Shown here: positions 38,042-49,200 of the stretch, in pieces
Layout: each line of letters opens with the position of its first letter
Position numbering within the stretch: the stretch's first letter is position 1
Source of the DNA: Ferruginibacter sp.
GTDB lineage: Bacteria; Bacteroidota; Bacteroidia; Chitinophagales; Chitinophagaceae
Assembly (NCBI GenBank): GCA_047601875.1
Contig: JASGIL010000001.1
Span: forward strand, 3,645,294 to 3,709,293
Length of the DNA: 64,000 nt
Direction of reading: 5' to 3'
Notes under the pieces: model-generated
Database searches by the model: none
Seen by the model: the letters and a program-made list of their open reading frames with translations, nothing else
Told to the model about the DNA's origin: nothing
Made by a program: the position numbers and the translations under genes

Positions 38042-38569
38042 ACAAAATGCGATTTTGTAATTATGTCTTTTACAAAGATTTGCGAAATCCCTAAAATACA
38101 ATTTAAATTTCTGTAATGTTCAAAAATTAAATGATTAGGGGGATATCTTAACTAAGATGCAAACTTTTCCAAATCGAGGAAAATGTGACTACCTTAACTA
38201 GAGCCAGTGTTCAGGAGTATCGCAGGTGTCATTTAAATCTGATAGTCTGCAACTGGTTTAAGATATAATATTTCTCCTACCAAACTAAATTTTCATTAGT
38301 TGTAATATATTTTCAAAGAAGTTTCAATAGATATCTTAGTATTAAAATGTACGCTAAATCAAATTGAATCATTATGCCAAATAAAGAATTGCAGATATTG
38401 GTAGTTGAACAAAAATACTGGTTGCACATTTTTTCAAAAATGTTTTTTATGCAATAACGAGGCTTGATAACCAACAAACTGCGTTTTTCAAAAGTCTTTC
38501 GTGCAGATTTGTAGTCGACACACAAACTTAGGAATGAAAAAAATCCCCCATTTCCTCTCTCCATTCCAA

Positions 38570-38577
38570 CAAATTCC
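38570..38577 (+). promoter_or_regulatory. candidate -7 box (TActTTTG) for the rplKAJL operon
   Basis: TAnnTTTG match about 115 nt upstream of rplK. Confidence 0.3.
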
Positions 38578-38691
38578 CTTACTTTTGCCGCCCCAATTAG
38601 TTCTTTATTGAATTTGTCCCACTAAAACGGACAGGTTTGGGAGTCAGACCGTAAGATGCGGAAAGACGTTAACACCAAAAACATTTTATAA

Positions 38692-39135
38692 ATGGCAAAA
38701 GAAGTAACCGGCTTTGTCAAGCTCCAGTGTAAAGGAGGACAAGCCAACCCGGCGCCGCCAATCGGACCAGCCCTTGGTTCCAAAGGCGTGAACATCATGG
38801 AGTTCTGCAAACAATTCAATGCAAGAACACAGGATAAACCCGGAAAAGTATTACCAGTGTTGATCACTGTGTATGCAGACAAGTCTTTCGACTTCATTAT
38901 CAAAACCCCTCCAGCTGCAGTTCAGTTAATGGACGCTGCCAAGATCCAGAGCGGTAGTAAAGAACCCAATCGTGTAAAAGTTGGTAAAGTTACCTGGGCG
39001 CAGGTTGAAGAGATCGCCAAGGATAAAATGTCTGACTTAAATGCTTTCACGATGAAAAGTGCAATGAGCATGGTTGCCGGTACAGCCCGCAGCATGGGTT
39101 TAACTGTTGAAGGAAAAGCCCCATGGGATAATTAA
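38692..39135 (+). CDS. rplK: 50S ribosomal protein L11
   Basis: [35 protein letters not shown]. Confidence 0.97.
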   Translation: MAKEVTGFVKLQCKGGQANPAPPIGPALGSKGVNIMEFCKQFNARTQDKPGKVLPVLITVYADKSFDFIIKTPPAAVQLMDAAKIQSGSKEPNRVKVGKVTWAQVEEIAKDKMSDLNAFTMKSAMSMVAGTARSMGLTVEGKAPWDN

Positions 39136-39162
39136 TTGTCAACCTAAAAATTTCTAAAAAAA

Positions 39163-39852
39163 ATGATTACTAAAAAAAGAAAAATAGCAAACGCTAAGGT
39201 TGACGTTAACAAAGCTTATACGCTTAAAGAAGCATCATCCCTGGTTAAAGAAGTTAATACAACAAAATTTGATAGTTCAGTTGACCTGCATGTGAAATTA
39301 GGAGTTGATCCTAAGAAAGCAGACCAGGCGATCCGTGGTACTGTATCACTTCCTCACGGTACAGGTAAAACGAAAAAAGTGCTGGTACTTTGTACTCCTG
39401 ATAAAGTAGCAGAAGCTACTGCTGCAGGTGCTGACTTCGTTGGACTGGACGAATACATCACAAAAATTGAAGGTGGCTGGACAGATATTGATGTTATCGT
39501 GGCTACACCATCGGTGATGCCTAAGATCGGTAAGTTGGGTAAAGTGTTAGGTCCACGTAACCTGATGCCGAATCCAAAAACAGGAACTGTTACCAATGAT
39601 ATCACTGGTGCAGTGAATGATCTTAAAGGTGGTAAAATTGCTTTTAAAGTTGATAAAGTTGGTATCATTCACGCATCTATTGGCCGTGTAAGTTTTGCAC
39701 CTGAAAAGATCGCTGAAAACTGCCAGGAATTTTTAAACGCAATCATCAAATTAAAACCAGCATCATCTAAAGGTACTTACCTGAAAGGTGTTAGCATGGC
39801 AAGCTCAATGAGCCCCGGCATCCTGGTTGACACAAAATCTGTTCAAAACTAA
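39163..39852 (+). CDS. rplA: 50S ribosomal protein L1
   Basis: [34 protein letters not shown]; 229 aa. Confidence 0.97.
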   Translation: MITKKRKIANAKVDVNKAYTLKEASSLVKEVNTTKFDSSVDLHVKLGVDPKKADQAIRGTVSLPHGTGKTKKVLVLCTPDKVAEATAAGADFVGLDEYITKIEGGWTDIDVIVATPSVMPKIGKLGKVLGPRNLMPNPKTGTVTNDITGAVNDLKGGKIAFKVDKVGIIHASIGRVSFAPEKIAENCQEFLNAIIKLKPASSKGTYLKGVSMASSMSPGILVDTKSVQN

Positions 39853-39885
39853 TCCGGTCATTATCGGGTTTACAAAATATTTGTT

Positions 39886-40521
39886 ATGACAAAACAAGAG
39901 AAAAATGAAGTGATAGATTTGCTGAAAGGCAAATTCTCTCAATACAATAATTTCTACATTACCGATACAGAAAGCCTTACAGTTGACCAGGTTGGTAAAT
40001 TGCGCAGGGTTTGTTTCGATAAACAGGTAGAAATGAAAGTGGCTAAGAACACTTTGATCAAAAAAGCACTGGAAGGAATAGACGCAGAAAAATATGCAGG
40101 TGTTTATGATTCTTTACATAAAGTAACTGCTTTGCTTTTCAGCGAAAATCCTAAAGAACCAGCAATGATCATCAGCAGTTTCCGTAAGGATAACAATAAT
40201 GAAAAGCCTGTTTTGAAAGCAGCTTTCATTAATGGTGATGTATTCGTTGGCGACAACCAATTGAAAGCACTTACGCAGATCAAGACGAAGAACGAATTGA
40301 TCGGCGAGATCATCGGTTTGTTACAATCACCTATTCAACGTGTATTAGGTGCTTTGCAAAACAAGGACAATGCTAAAGGTAAAGTTGAAGAAGCACCTGT
40401 TGCAGCAGCGCCGGTAGCAGAAGCAGCCCCAGCAGCAGCTCCTGAAGCACCTGTTGCAGAAACACCTGCAGCTGATGCAGCACCAGAAGCAACAACTGAC
40501 GAAGCTCCAAAAGCTGAGTAA
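39886..40521 (+). CDS. rplJ: 50S ribosomal protein L10 with an Ala/Pro/Glu-rich C-terminal extension
   Basis: Position in the operon, an L10-like body, and an approximately 45-aa tail EEAPVAAAPVAEAAPAAAPEAPVAETPAADAAPEATTDEAPKAE. Confidence 0.9.
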   Translation: MTKQEKNEVIDLLKGKFSQYNNFYITDTESLTVDQVGKLRRVCFDKQVEMKVAKNTLIKKALEGIDAEKYAGVYDSLHKVTALLFSENPKEPAMIISSFRKDNNNEKPVLKAAFINGDVFVGDNQLKALTQIKTKNELIGEIIGLLQSPIQRVLGALQNKDNAKGKVEEAPVAAAPVAEAAPAAAPEAPVAETPAADAAPEATTDEAPKAE

Positions 40522-40633
40522 GTTTAAATAATTAACTGGCCGGATGTTACAATAAAGGCATAAACATATTTTTTTAAACTCTCCGACGGATCCCGGAAAA
40601 TCGGGATATGAAGTCGGAAAAAATCAAATCAAA

Positions 40634-41005
40634 ATGGCAGACGTAAAAGCATTAGCAGAAAGCTTAGTAAGCTTAACAGTAAAAGATGTTCAGGAATTAG
40701 CTGAATTCTTAAAATCAGAATACGGTATCGAACCAGCTGCAGCTGCAGTAGTAGTAAGCGGCGATGGTGGTGGTGCTGCAAAAGTTGAAGAAAAAACTTC
40801 TTTCAACGTTATTCTTAAGAGCGGTGGCGCTAACAAATTAGCGGTTGTAAAAATCGTTAAAGAATTAACCGGATTGGGACTTAAAGAAGCTAAGGATTTA
40901 GTTGATACAGCTCCAAAACCAGTTAAAGAAGGTGTTGATAAAGCAGCAGCTGACGAATTAAAAGCTAAATTAACTGAAGCAGGTGCTGAAGTTGAAATCG
41001 CTTAA
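40634..41005 (+). CDS. rplL: 50S ribosomal protein L7/L12
   Basis: Has an AAAAVVV hinge and C-terminal [21 protein letters not shown]. Confidence 0.97.
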   Translation: MADVKALAESLVSLTVKDVQELAEFLKSEYGIEPAAAAVVVSGDGGGAAKVEEKTSFNVILKSGGANKLAVVKIVKELTGLGLKEAKDLVDTAPKPVKEGVDKAAADELKAKLTEAGAEVEIA

Positions 41006-41024
41006 TTCAATTGAAATAAATTCC

Positions 41025-41053
41025 AAAAGCCTCCGGTTTATCGGGGGCTTTTG
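41025..41053 (+). terminator. Rho-independent terminator after rplL
   Basis: aaaagcctccg-gtttat-cgggggcttttgcttt. Confidence 0.6.
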
Positions 41054-41057
41054 CTTT

Positions 41058-41105
41058 CATTGAATATTGAATATTCAATACTTAATATTCAATACTCATC
41101 GGAAA
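41058..41105. repeat. word-hairpin family 1, partial or rearranged copy
   Basis: cattgaatattgaatattcaatacttaatattcaatactcatcgga. It shares the ...ttcaatactcatcgga end with the copy at 51866. Confidence 0.55.
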
Positions 41106-41239
41106 ATACCACAATTAAGCATTTCCCATAAATACGAGGTGCAGCTTCCCCATAATAGTGCTTTTGTTGGCTTTTTATTGTGGTATTCTCTCCTTTGGCA
41201 CAACGGTACAACCTTTGTTTTCTCATAGAAAAAAGATCT

Positions 41240-42121
41240 ATGAGAAAGGCTTTAATATTTGGAACAGCATTGATAATATTTTCATCAATTCGTTCAACAG
41301 CACAAGAGGTACCCGTTATTGATAGTGTCACTACAGTTAAACAAGCTGCCAATCAACCCGTATATAAAATAAAAAAGGGAATAGATTATCCCTTAACCAT
41401 TGCAACAGCTGCGTGGGGAATATTGGGTTCACAAAAGATATATGGTCGCGATACCATTCCATCTTCAGAAATCATGGGACTTGATAGAAAGACAATTAAT
41501 AATGTAGACAGGTGGGTGAGTTACAATTATTCAAAAGCTGCGGCGAAGGTCAGCGATTATTTCTTTGTTGGAAGCATGCCTTTTCCACTGATCTTGCTTT
41601 TTGATAAAAAAATACGAAAAGATGGGCCTAAAGTAGGCGTTTTATACCTGGAAGCGATTGGGATCACAAGCGCAGTATATGTCACATCGGCCATGCTTGC
41701 TGATCGCCATCGTCCTTATTCCTACAATCCCGATGTTGATATGGGTAAACGTACCAGGGGGGGAGCAAGAAATTCTTTTTTTGCCGGTCACGTGGCGATT
41801 GTAGCAACATCCATGTTTTTTACCGCCCAGACATATATCAATTATCACCCTGAAATGAAAAATAAATGGATACTTTATACGGGTGCCGGATTAATAACTT
41901 CTACAACAGGATATCTAAGGCTTAAAGCAGGTCAACACTTTTTAACTGATGTTTTGACCGGGGCTGCAATAGGTACCCTCTCTGGTTTATTGACCCCTTA
42001 TTTCCATAAAATACGGCACTTTGAAAACGCCAGGCTAACCATATTGCCAAATTTTCAGCAGTCTTCCTCAGGAGGGTTCACTTTACTCTATAACCTGGAC
42101 AAGCATCGTAATAGCAAATAA
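41240..42121 (+). CDS. PAP2-family membrane phosphatase
   Basis: Signal MRKALIFGTALIIFSS. PAP2 motifs are ADRHRP, SFFAGH and RLKAGQHFLTD. Start set at the ATG at 41240. Confidence 0.75.
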   Translation: MRKALIFGTALIIFSSIRSTAQEVPVIDSVTTVKQAANQPVYKIKKGIDYPLTIATAAWGILGSQKIYGRDTIPSSEIMGLDRKTINNVDRWVSYNYSKAAAKVSDYFFVGSMPFPLILLFDKKIRKDGPKVGVLYLEAIGITSAVYVTSAMLADRHRPYSYNPDVDMGKRTRGGARNSFFAGHVAIVATSMFFTAQTYINYHPEMKNKWILYTGAGLITSTTGYLRLKAGQHFLTDVLTGAAIGTLSGLLTPYFHKIRHFENARLTILPNFQQSSSGGFTLLYNLDKHRNSK

Positions 42122-42226
42122 CCTTAGTTTATTAAAAATTTTAATGTAAAATTTGTCATTTTATCAAAAATCTTACCAATCACATAATTTTCATATTTCG
42201 GAATAGATTTGTACTGAATTATTCCG

Positions 42227-42234
42227 TAACTTTG
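42227..42234 (+). promoter_or_regulatory. candidate -7 box (TAacTTTG) upstream of rpoB
   Basis: TAnnTTTG match about 80 nt upstream of the rpoB ATG. Confidence 0.3.
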
Positions 42235-42313
42235 CCCTCCTTTAATTTAGGATCAGTGGCGCAAGCTGTGATCTCTTCAGAAAAAGGCCTTCACTAAAAG
42301 TTTTAATTAATAT

Positions 42314-45300
42314 ATGTCTGCAACAAAATCACCCGCTGCTAAACGTATCAATTTCGGAAAAGTTGAACTTTTGGCAGAACAACCAGATTTGCTCGGAATT
42401 CAGATCCAATCGTTCAAAGATTTTTTTCAGTTAGAAACCACTCCCGATAAACGTAACGTTGAGGGATTGTTTCGTGTGTTCAAGGAAAACTTTCCTATTA
42501 CTGACACACGTAACATTTTCGTACTGGAATTTCTTGACTACTTCGTGGATCCTCCGCGTTACACCATTGAAGAGTGTATTGAAAGAGGTCTCACTTATGC
42601 GGTACCGTTAAAAGCAAAACTTCGCCTTAGTTGTAATGATGAAGAGCATGTGGATTTCCAAACAATTGTACAGGATGTATTCTTAGGAAATATCCCTTAC
42701 ATGACGCCACGTGGTACTTTTGTTATCAATGGTGCTGAAAGGGTTGTTGTTAGCCAGCTTCACCGTTCACCTGGTGTATTCTTCGGTCAGTCGATGCACC
42801 CGAACGGAACCAAGATCTACTCTGCAAGGGTTATTCCTTTCAAAGGAGCTTGGATGGAGTTCGCAACTGATATCAATAACGTAATGTTTGCTTACATCGA
42901 TCGTAAGAAAAAATTCCCGGTAACTACTTTGTTACGTTCAATCGGTTTTGAAACGGATAAAGATATCCTGGAACTTTTCGGCATGGCTGATGAAGTAAAA
43001 GCTGATAAGAAGACTTTAGAGAAACATGTTGGCAAACGTCTTGCTGCACGTGTATTACGTACATGGGTAGAAGATTTTGTGGATGAAGATACCGGTGAAG
43101 TTGTTTCTATCGAAAGAAATGAGATCGTTCTTGAAAGAGATACTATTCTTGATGAATCAAACATTGCAATGATCCTGGAAATGGATGTAAAGAGCGTGTT
43201 TATCCAGAAAGAAGAAGTAAGTGGTGATTATGCGATCATTTATAACACATTGAATAAAGATACTTCCAACAGTGAACTGGAAGCGGTTCAGCATATCTAC
43301 AAGCAATTGCGTGGTGCTGATGCTCCGGATGATGAAACTGCACGTGGTATCATTGATAAATTATTCTTCAGCGATAAACGTTATGACCTTGGAGAAGTTG
43401 GTCGTTATAAGATCAACCGTCGTCTTGGTTTGAATTATCCATTAGAGAAAAAAGTATTAACAAAAGAAGATATCATCTCTATCATTAAATACCTGGTGTT
43501 ATTAACCAATGGTAAGAGTGAGGTGGATGATATCGATCACTTAAGCAACCGTCGCGTTCGTACCGTTGGTGAACAATTGTATGCACAGTTCGGAGTTGGT
43601 CTTGCACGTATGGCACGTACCATCCGTGAAAGGATGAACGTAAGGGATAACGAGGTATTTACGCCAGTTGATCTGATCAATGCAAGAACGCTTTCTTCTG
43701 TTATCAATTCATTCTTTGGTACTTCACAGTTGTCGCAGTTCCTTGATCAGACAAATCCTTTGAGTGAGATCACGCACAAGCGTCGTATCTCCGCACTCGG
43801 ACCCGGCGGTTTGAGCAGGGAAAGAGCTGGTTTCGAGGTTCGTGACGTACACTATTCTCACTACGGCCGTCTTTGTACCATCGAAACACCGGAAGGACCA
43901 AACATTGGTTTGATCTCAACGTTATGCGTACACGCTAAAATAAACGATATGGGCTTTATCGAAACGCCTTATCGTAAAGTAGAACAGGGTAAAGTGGATA
44001 TGAAGAAGATCACTTTCCTGAGTGCAGAAGAAGAAGATACAGCAAAGATCGCACAGGCTAATATTGATCTTGATGATAAAGGAAACTTTGTTGAAGATAT
44101 GATCAAGTCACGTCAAACCGGTGACTTCCCGATCCTTCCAAAAAATGAAGTGGAATATATGGACGTTGCTCCGAACCAGATCGTTGGTTTGAGTGCTTCT
44201 TTGATCCCGTTCCTTGAACATGATGATGCTAACCGTGCCTTGATGGGATCGAACATGCAACGCCAGGCAGTTCCATTGTTGCGTCCTGAAGTTCCGATCG
44301 TAGGAACTGGTTTGGAAGCAAAAGCTGCACGTGATGCACGTATCCAGATCCATGCAGATGGTGAAGGTGTGGTAGAGTATGTTGATTCAATTGAAATACA
44401 TGTTCGTTATAAGAGAAACGAAACTCAACAATTAGTAAGCTTCGAAGACGATCTTAAAGTATATAAATTAACCAAGTTTGTTCGTACCAACCAGGAAACA
44501 ACGATCAATCTCCGCCCTGCGGTTGTAAAAGGCCAGAAGGTTTCTGAAGGTGATTTCTTAACCGAAGGTTATGCAACAAAAGGTGGTGAGATCGCTCTTG
44601 GACGTAACCTGAAAGTGGCATTTATGCCATGGAAAGGATACAACTTCGAGGATGCGATCGTTATCTCTGAAAAAGTTGTAAAAGACGACTGGTTTACATC
44701 TATCCATATCAGTGAGTTTGAAACAGAAGTGCGTGATACCAAATTGGGAGAAGAAGAACTTACGCCGGATATTCCAAACGTAAGTGAAGAAGCTACCAAA
44801 GACCTTGATCAGAATGGTATTATCCGTATCGGTGCAAATATTAAGGAAGGAGATATCATTATCGGAAAGATAACTCCAAAAGGAGAAAGCGATCCTACAC
44901 CGGAAGAAAAACTATTGCGTGCCATCTTTGGTGACAAAGCGGGTGATGCAAAAGATGCTTCATTGAAAGCACCAAGTGGAACTGAAGGTGTTGTTATCAA
45001 TAAGAAATTATTCCAGCGTGCAAAGAAAGATAAGAATGCAAAGGTTCGTGAAAAAGCACAATTGGATAAGATTGAAAAGACACACGAGAAGAACGAACAG
45101 GACCTGATGGAACTGTTGCAAAACAAACTACAAACTTTGTTGAAAGACAAAACGAGCCAGGGTGTTAGCAACAACTTCGGTGAAGTGTTGATTGGTAAAG
45201 GAGCTAAGTTCAATCCAAAGAACCTTTCGAACATCGACTATCAAAACGTAAATCCATTAGGATGGAGTGGTGATGCAAAAACAGATAACCTGATCAACGT

Positions 45301-46123
45301 ATTGCTTCATAATTATAACATCAAATTCAACGAAGAATTGGGTCGTTATAAGAGAGAGAAATTCAATATCTCTATTGGGGATGAATTACCAGCTGGTGTA
45401 TTGAAACTTGCAAAAGTATACATGGCGGTTAAACGCAAATTGAAAGTGGGAGATAAGATGGCGGGTCGTCACGGTAACAAAGGTATTGTTGCCAAGATCG
45501 TTCGCCAGGAAGATATGCCATTCCTTGAAGATGGAACTCCTGTTGATATCGTATTGAATCCATTGGGCGTACCAAGTCGTATGAACCTTGGACAGATCTA
45601 CGAGACAGCGCTTGGATGGGCCGGAGAAAAATTAGGTGTTCGTTTCGCAACGCCAATCTTCGACGGAGCTTCTGTAGATGAGATCGCTGAGAATATTGAA
45701 AAAGCAGGTTTACCTAAATTCGGGCATACATATTTATATGATGGAGAAACAGGTGACCGCTTCGATCAGAAAGCAACAGTAGGTATCATCTATATCATCA
45801 AGCTTCACCACATGGTGGATGATAAAATGCACGCACGTTCAATCGGGCCATACAGTCTCATTACGCAACAACCTTTGGGTGGTAAAGCCCAGTTTGGTGG
45901 TCAGCGTTTTGGTGAGATGGAGGTTTGGGCACTTGAAGCTTATGGTGCGTCAAACATCCTGCAGGAATTACTTACACTTAAATCGGATGATATCATCGGA
46001 AGGGCGAAAACTTATGAAGCCATCGTAAAAGGTGATAACATTCCAAGAGCAGGTATTCCGGAGTCGTTCAATGTATTGGTACATGAATTACGTGGGTTGG
46101 GATTGGATCTGAAGTTTGAGTAA
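42314..46123 (+). CDS. rpoB: DNA-directed RNA polymerase subunit beta
   Basis: 1269 aa, with [12 protein letters not shown] and [18 protein letters not shown]. Confidence 0.99.
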   Translation: MSATKSPAAKRINFGKVELLAEQPDLLGIQIQSFKDFFQLETTPDKRNVEGLFRVFKENFPITDTRNIFVLEFLDYFVDPPRYTIEECIERGLTYAVPLKAKLRLSCNDEEHVDFQTIVQDVFLGNIPYMTPRGTFVINGAERVVVSQLHRSPGVFFGQSMHPNGTKIYSARVIPFKGAWMEFATDINNVMFAYIDRKKKFPVTTLLRSIGFETDKDILELFGMADEVKADKKTLEKHVGKRLAARVLRTWVEDFVDEDTGEVVSIERNEIVLERDTILDESNIAMILEMDVKSVFIQKEEVSGDYAIIYNTLNKDTSNSELEAVQHIYKQLRGADAPDDETARGIIDKLFFSDKRYDLGEVGRYKINRRLGLNYPLEKKVLTKEDIISIIKYLVLLTNGKSEVDDIDHLSNRRVRTVGEQLYAQFGVGLARMARTIRERMNVRDNEVFTPVDLINARTLSSVINSFFGTSQLSQFLDQTNPLSEITHKRRISALGPGGLSRERAGFEVRDVHYSHYGRLCTIETPEGPNIGLISTLCVHAKINDMGFIETPYRKVEQGKVDMKKITFLSAEEEDTAKIAQANIDLDDKGNFVEDMIKSRQTGDFPILPKNEVEYMDVAPNQIVGLSASLIPFLEHDDANRALMGSNMQRQAVPLLRPEVPIVGTGLEAKAARDARIQIHADGEGVVEYVDSIEIHVRYKRNETQQLVSFEDDLKVYKLTKFVRTNQETTINLRPAVVKGQKVSEGDFLTEGYATKGGEIALGRNLKVAFMPWKGYNFEDAIVISEKVVKDDWFTSIHISEFETEVRDTKLGEEELTPDIPNVSEEATKDLDQNGIIRIGANIKEGDIIIGKITPKGESDPTPEEKLLRAIFGDKAGDAKDASLKAPSGTEGVVINKKLFQRAKKDKNAKVREKAQLDKIEKTHEKNEQDLMELLQNKLQTLLKDKTSQGVSNNFGEVLIGKGAKFNPKNLSNIDYQNVNPLGWSGDAKTDNLINVLLHNYNIKFNEELGRYKREKFNISIGDELPAGVLKLAKVYMAVKRKLKVGDKMAGRHGNKGIVAKIVRQEDMPFLEDGTPVDIVLNPLGVPSRMNLGQIYETALGWAGEKLGVRFATPIFDGASVDEIAENIEKAGLPKFGHTYLYDGETGDRFDQKATVGIIYIIKLHHMVDDKMHARSIGPYSLITQQPLGGKAQFGGQRFGEMEVWALEAYGASNILQELLTLKSDDIIGRAKTYEAIVKGDNIPRAGIPESFNVLVHELRGLGLDLKFE

Positions 46124-46231
46124 GGAGCTGCAAGTTGCAAGCAACAAGCTGCAAGCCGCCCTTTCCGAATTAAAAATTATTAAATAATTACACAGTCTTA
46201 AGCTTGAAGCTTGAGGCTTACAGCTAAAAGC
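46124..46231. repeat. word-hairpin family 4 in the rpoB-rpoC spacer
   Basis: ggagctgcaagttgcaagcaacaagctgcaagc ... cttaagcttgaagcttgaggcttacagctaaaagc. The arms are approximately complementary. Confidence 0.6.
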
Positions 46232-46240
46232 TAAATAAAT

Positions 46241-49200
46241 ATGGCATTCAAAAAAGAAAATCGTCCAAGGCCAACATTTTCTCAAATCACAATTGGTTTG
46301 GCTTCGCCTGATAGTATTCTTGAAAGAAGCTATGGTGAAGTTTTAAAGCCGGAAACCATTAACTATCGTACTTACAAACCTGAAAGAGATGGTTTGTTCT
46401 GCGAAAGGATCTTTGGGCCGGTAAAAGATTACGAATGTGCGTGCGGAAAGTACAAGCGTATCCGTTATAAGGGTATTGTTTGCGACCGTTGTGGTGTTGA
46501 AGTAACAGAGAAGAAAGTACGTCGTGAAAGAATGGGACACATCAAATTGGTTGTTCCTGTTGTTCATATCTGGTATTTTAAATCGCTTCCAAATAAGATC
46601 GGTTATTTATTGGGCATGAGCTCTAAAAAGTTAGAAACGATTGTTTATTACGAACGTTTTGTAGTTATTCAATCTGGTATTCGTGCTGATAAAGGGCAGA
46701 ACTACGGTGATCTTTTAACAGAAGAAGAATACCTCGACATCCTGGATACTTTGCCAAAAGACAACCAGATGTTGCCTGATGAAGATCCTGAAAAATTCAT
46801 CGCTAAAATGGGAGCTGAAGCCGTTCATGCAATGCTTGAGCGTCTTGATCTTGACCAGTTGAGTTTTGATCTTCGCAACGCAGCAGCAAACGAAACTTCA
46901 CAACAACGTAAAGCAGATGCGTTAAAGCGTCTAAGCGTTGTAGAAAGCTTCCGTGACGCTAATACAAGAATTAACAACCGTCCTGAATGGATGGTAATGC
47001 AATACATCCCGGTTATTCCACCGGAACTTCGCCCGCTTGTTCCATTGGATGGTGGCCGTTTCGCCTCATCTGACCTGAATGATCTTTATCGTCGTGTTAT
47101 TATCCGTAATAACCGTTTGAAAAGGTTATTGGAAATTAAAGCACCTGAAGTGATCCTTCGTAATGAAAAAAGGATGTTGCAGGAAGCGATCGATTCATTG
47201 TTCGATAACAGCCGTAAATCAAATGCTGTAAAAGCTGAAGGTGGGCGTGCTTTGAAATCTTTGAGCGATGTATTAAAAGGTAAACAAGGTCGTTTCCGCC
47301 AGAACCTTCTTGGTAAACGTGTTGACTACTCTGGTCGTTCGGTTATCGTGGTAGGTCCTGAATTAAAAATGCACGAGTGCGGTCTTCCAAAAGATATGGC
47401 GGCTGAATTATTTAAACCGTTTATTATCCGTAAGCTGATCGAAAGAGGTATTGTTAAAACGGTGAAGAGTGCACGCAAACTCGTTGATAAAAAAGAAGCA
47501 ATTATCTGGGATATCCTGGAAAATATATTGAAAGGTCACCCTGTATTATTGAACAGTGCCCCAACTCTTCACAGGTTGTCAATCCAGGCTTTCCAGCCAA
47601 AACTGATCGAAGGTAAAGCAATACAATTGCACCCATTGGTAACTACGGCGTTCAACGCGGATTTCGATGGTGACCAGATGGCGGTTCACGTTCCATTGAG
47701 CAATGCTGCTATTCTGGAAGCGCAATTGTTGATGCTTTCTTCACACAATATTCTTAACCCACAGAACGGTACACCGATCACACTTCCTTCACAGGACATG
47801 GTACTCGGACTGTACTATATCACCAAGGGTAAGAAAACAATGGGTGATGATATCGTAAGAGGAGAAGGAAAAGCATTTTACTCTGCGGAAGAAGTGATCA
47901 TCGCTTACAACGAAAAACAAATCGACCTTCACGCAAACATTAAAGTAAAGGTTAACTGGCGTAATAATGATGGTACACTTGTTTTCAAATTAATTGATAC
48001 AACTGTTGGTAGGGTGATCTTCAACCAGTTTGTTCCTAAAGAAGTTGGTTTCATCAATGCATTGCTTACTAAAAAAGCATTGCGTGAAATCATCGGTGAT
48101 ATTATTAAATGGACAAGTGTTCCGATCACTGCTAAATTTTTGGATGATATTAAAACACTTGGATACCGCATGGCATTCCGTGGTGGATTATCGTTCAACA
48201 TCAATGACCTGATCATCCCTGCTATTAAAGCTGAACTGGTAGAAAATGCACAAGGTGAGGTTGCTGAAGTTTGGGATAGTTACAATATGGGGCTTATTAC
48301 AAACAACGAGCGTTACAACCAGATCATTGATATCTGGAGTCGTGTAGATACGAAAGTAACTGAAACGCTTATCCGCGAACTGGCAACTGATAAACAAGGT
48401 TTCAACTCTGTTTATATGATGCTTGATTCAGGCGCCCGTGGTAGTAAACAACAGATCAAACAGCTTGCAGGTTTAAGGGGATTGATGGCTAAGCCTCGTA
48501 AATCAGGTTCATCAGGATCTGAGATCATCGAGAACCCGATCCTTGCAAACTTTAAAGATGGTTTGAGTGTATTGGAATACTTTATCTCTACGCATGGTGC
48601 CCGTAAAGGTCTTGCAGATACAGCGTTGAAAACAGCGGATGCCGGTTACCTTACACGTAGGCTGGTGGACGTTGCACAGGATGTTGTTATTAATGAAGAA
48701 GATTGCGGAACACTTCGTGGTATTGCTGCACAGGCATTGAAAGATAACGAGGATGTGATCGAACCATTGGCAGACAGGATCGAAGGACGTACATCATTAC
48801 ACGATGTATTCCACCCCGTAACTGAAGAGTTGATCTTAAGTGCAGGTGAAGAGATCAGTATTGACCAGGCAAAGAAAATAGATGAAATAGGAATTGATAC
48901 AGTTGAAATACGTTCAGTACTTACCTGCGAAAGCAAACGCGGTGTATGTGTGAAATGTTATGGTAAGAACCTTGCTTCAGGTTACCTGGCGCAACGTGGT
49001 GATGCCGTTGGTATCATCGCTGCACAGTCGATCGGTGAGCCAGGTACACAGCTTACACTTCGTACCTTCCACGTGGGTGGTGTGGCCGGTTCTACTTCTG
49101 TTGAATCTTCATTGTATGCTAAGTTTGATGGTACGATCCAGTTCGATGGATTGCGTACGGTACATACTGAAAATGCTGAAGGCAAGAAAATTACAGTTGT

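Noticed and set aside
38600-38691. Possible L1/L11 autoregulatory leader (gggagtcagaccgtaagatgcggaaagacg) before rplK
   Set aside because: It contains GGGAG and AAGAC-like words reminiscent of L1-binding sites. I could not fold a convincing conserved structure by hand, so a covariance-model search is needed before any claim.
38313-38903. Two minus-strand ORFs (83 and 93 aa) upstream of and overlapping rplK
   Set aside because: One is antisense to the highly conserved rplK start. The other lies in AT-rich non-coding DNA and has no recognisable motif or start context.
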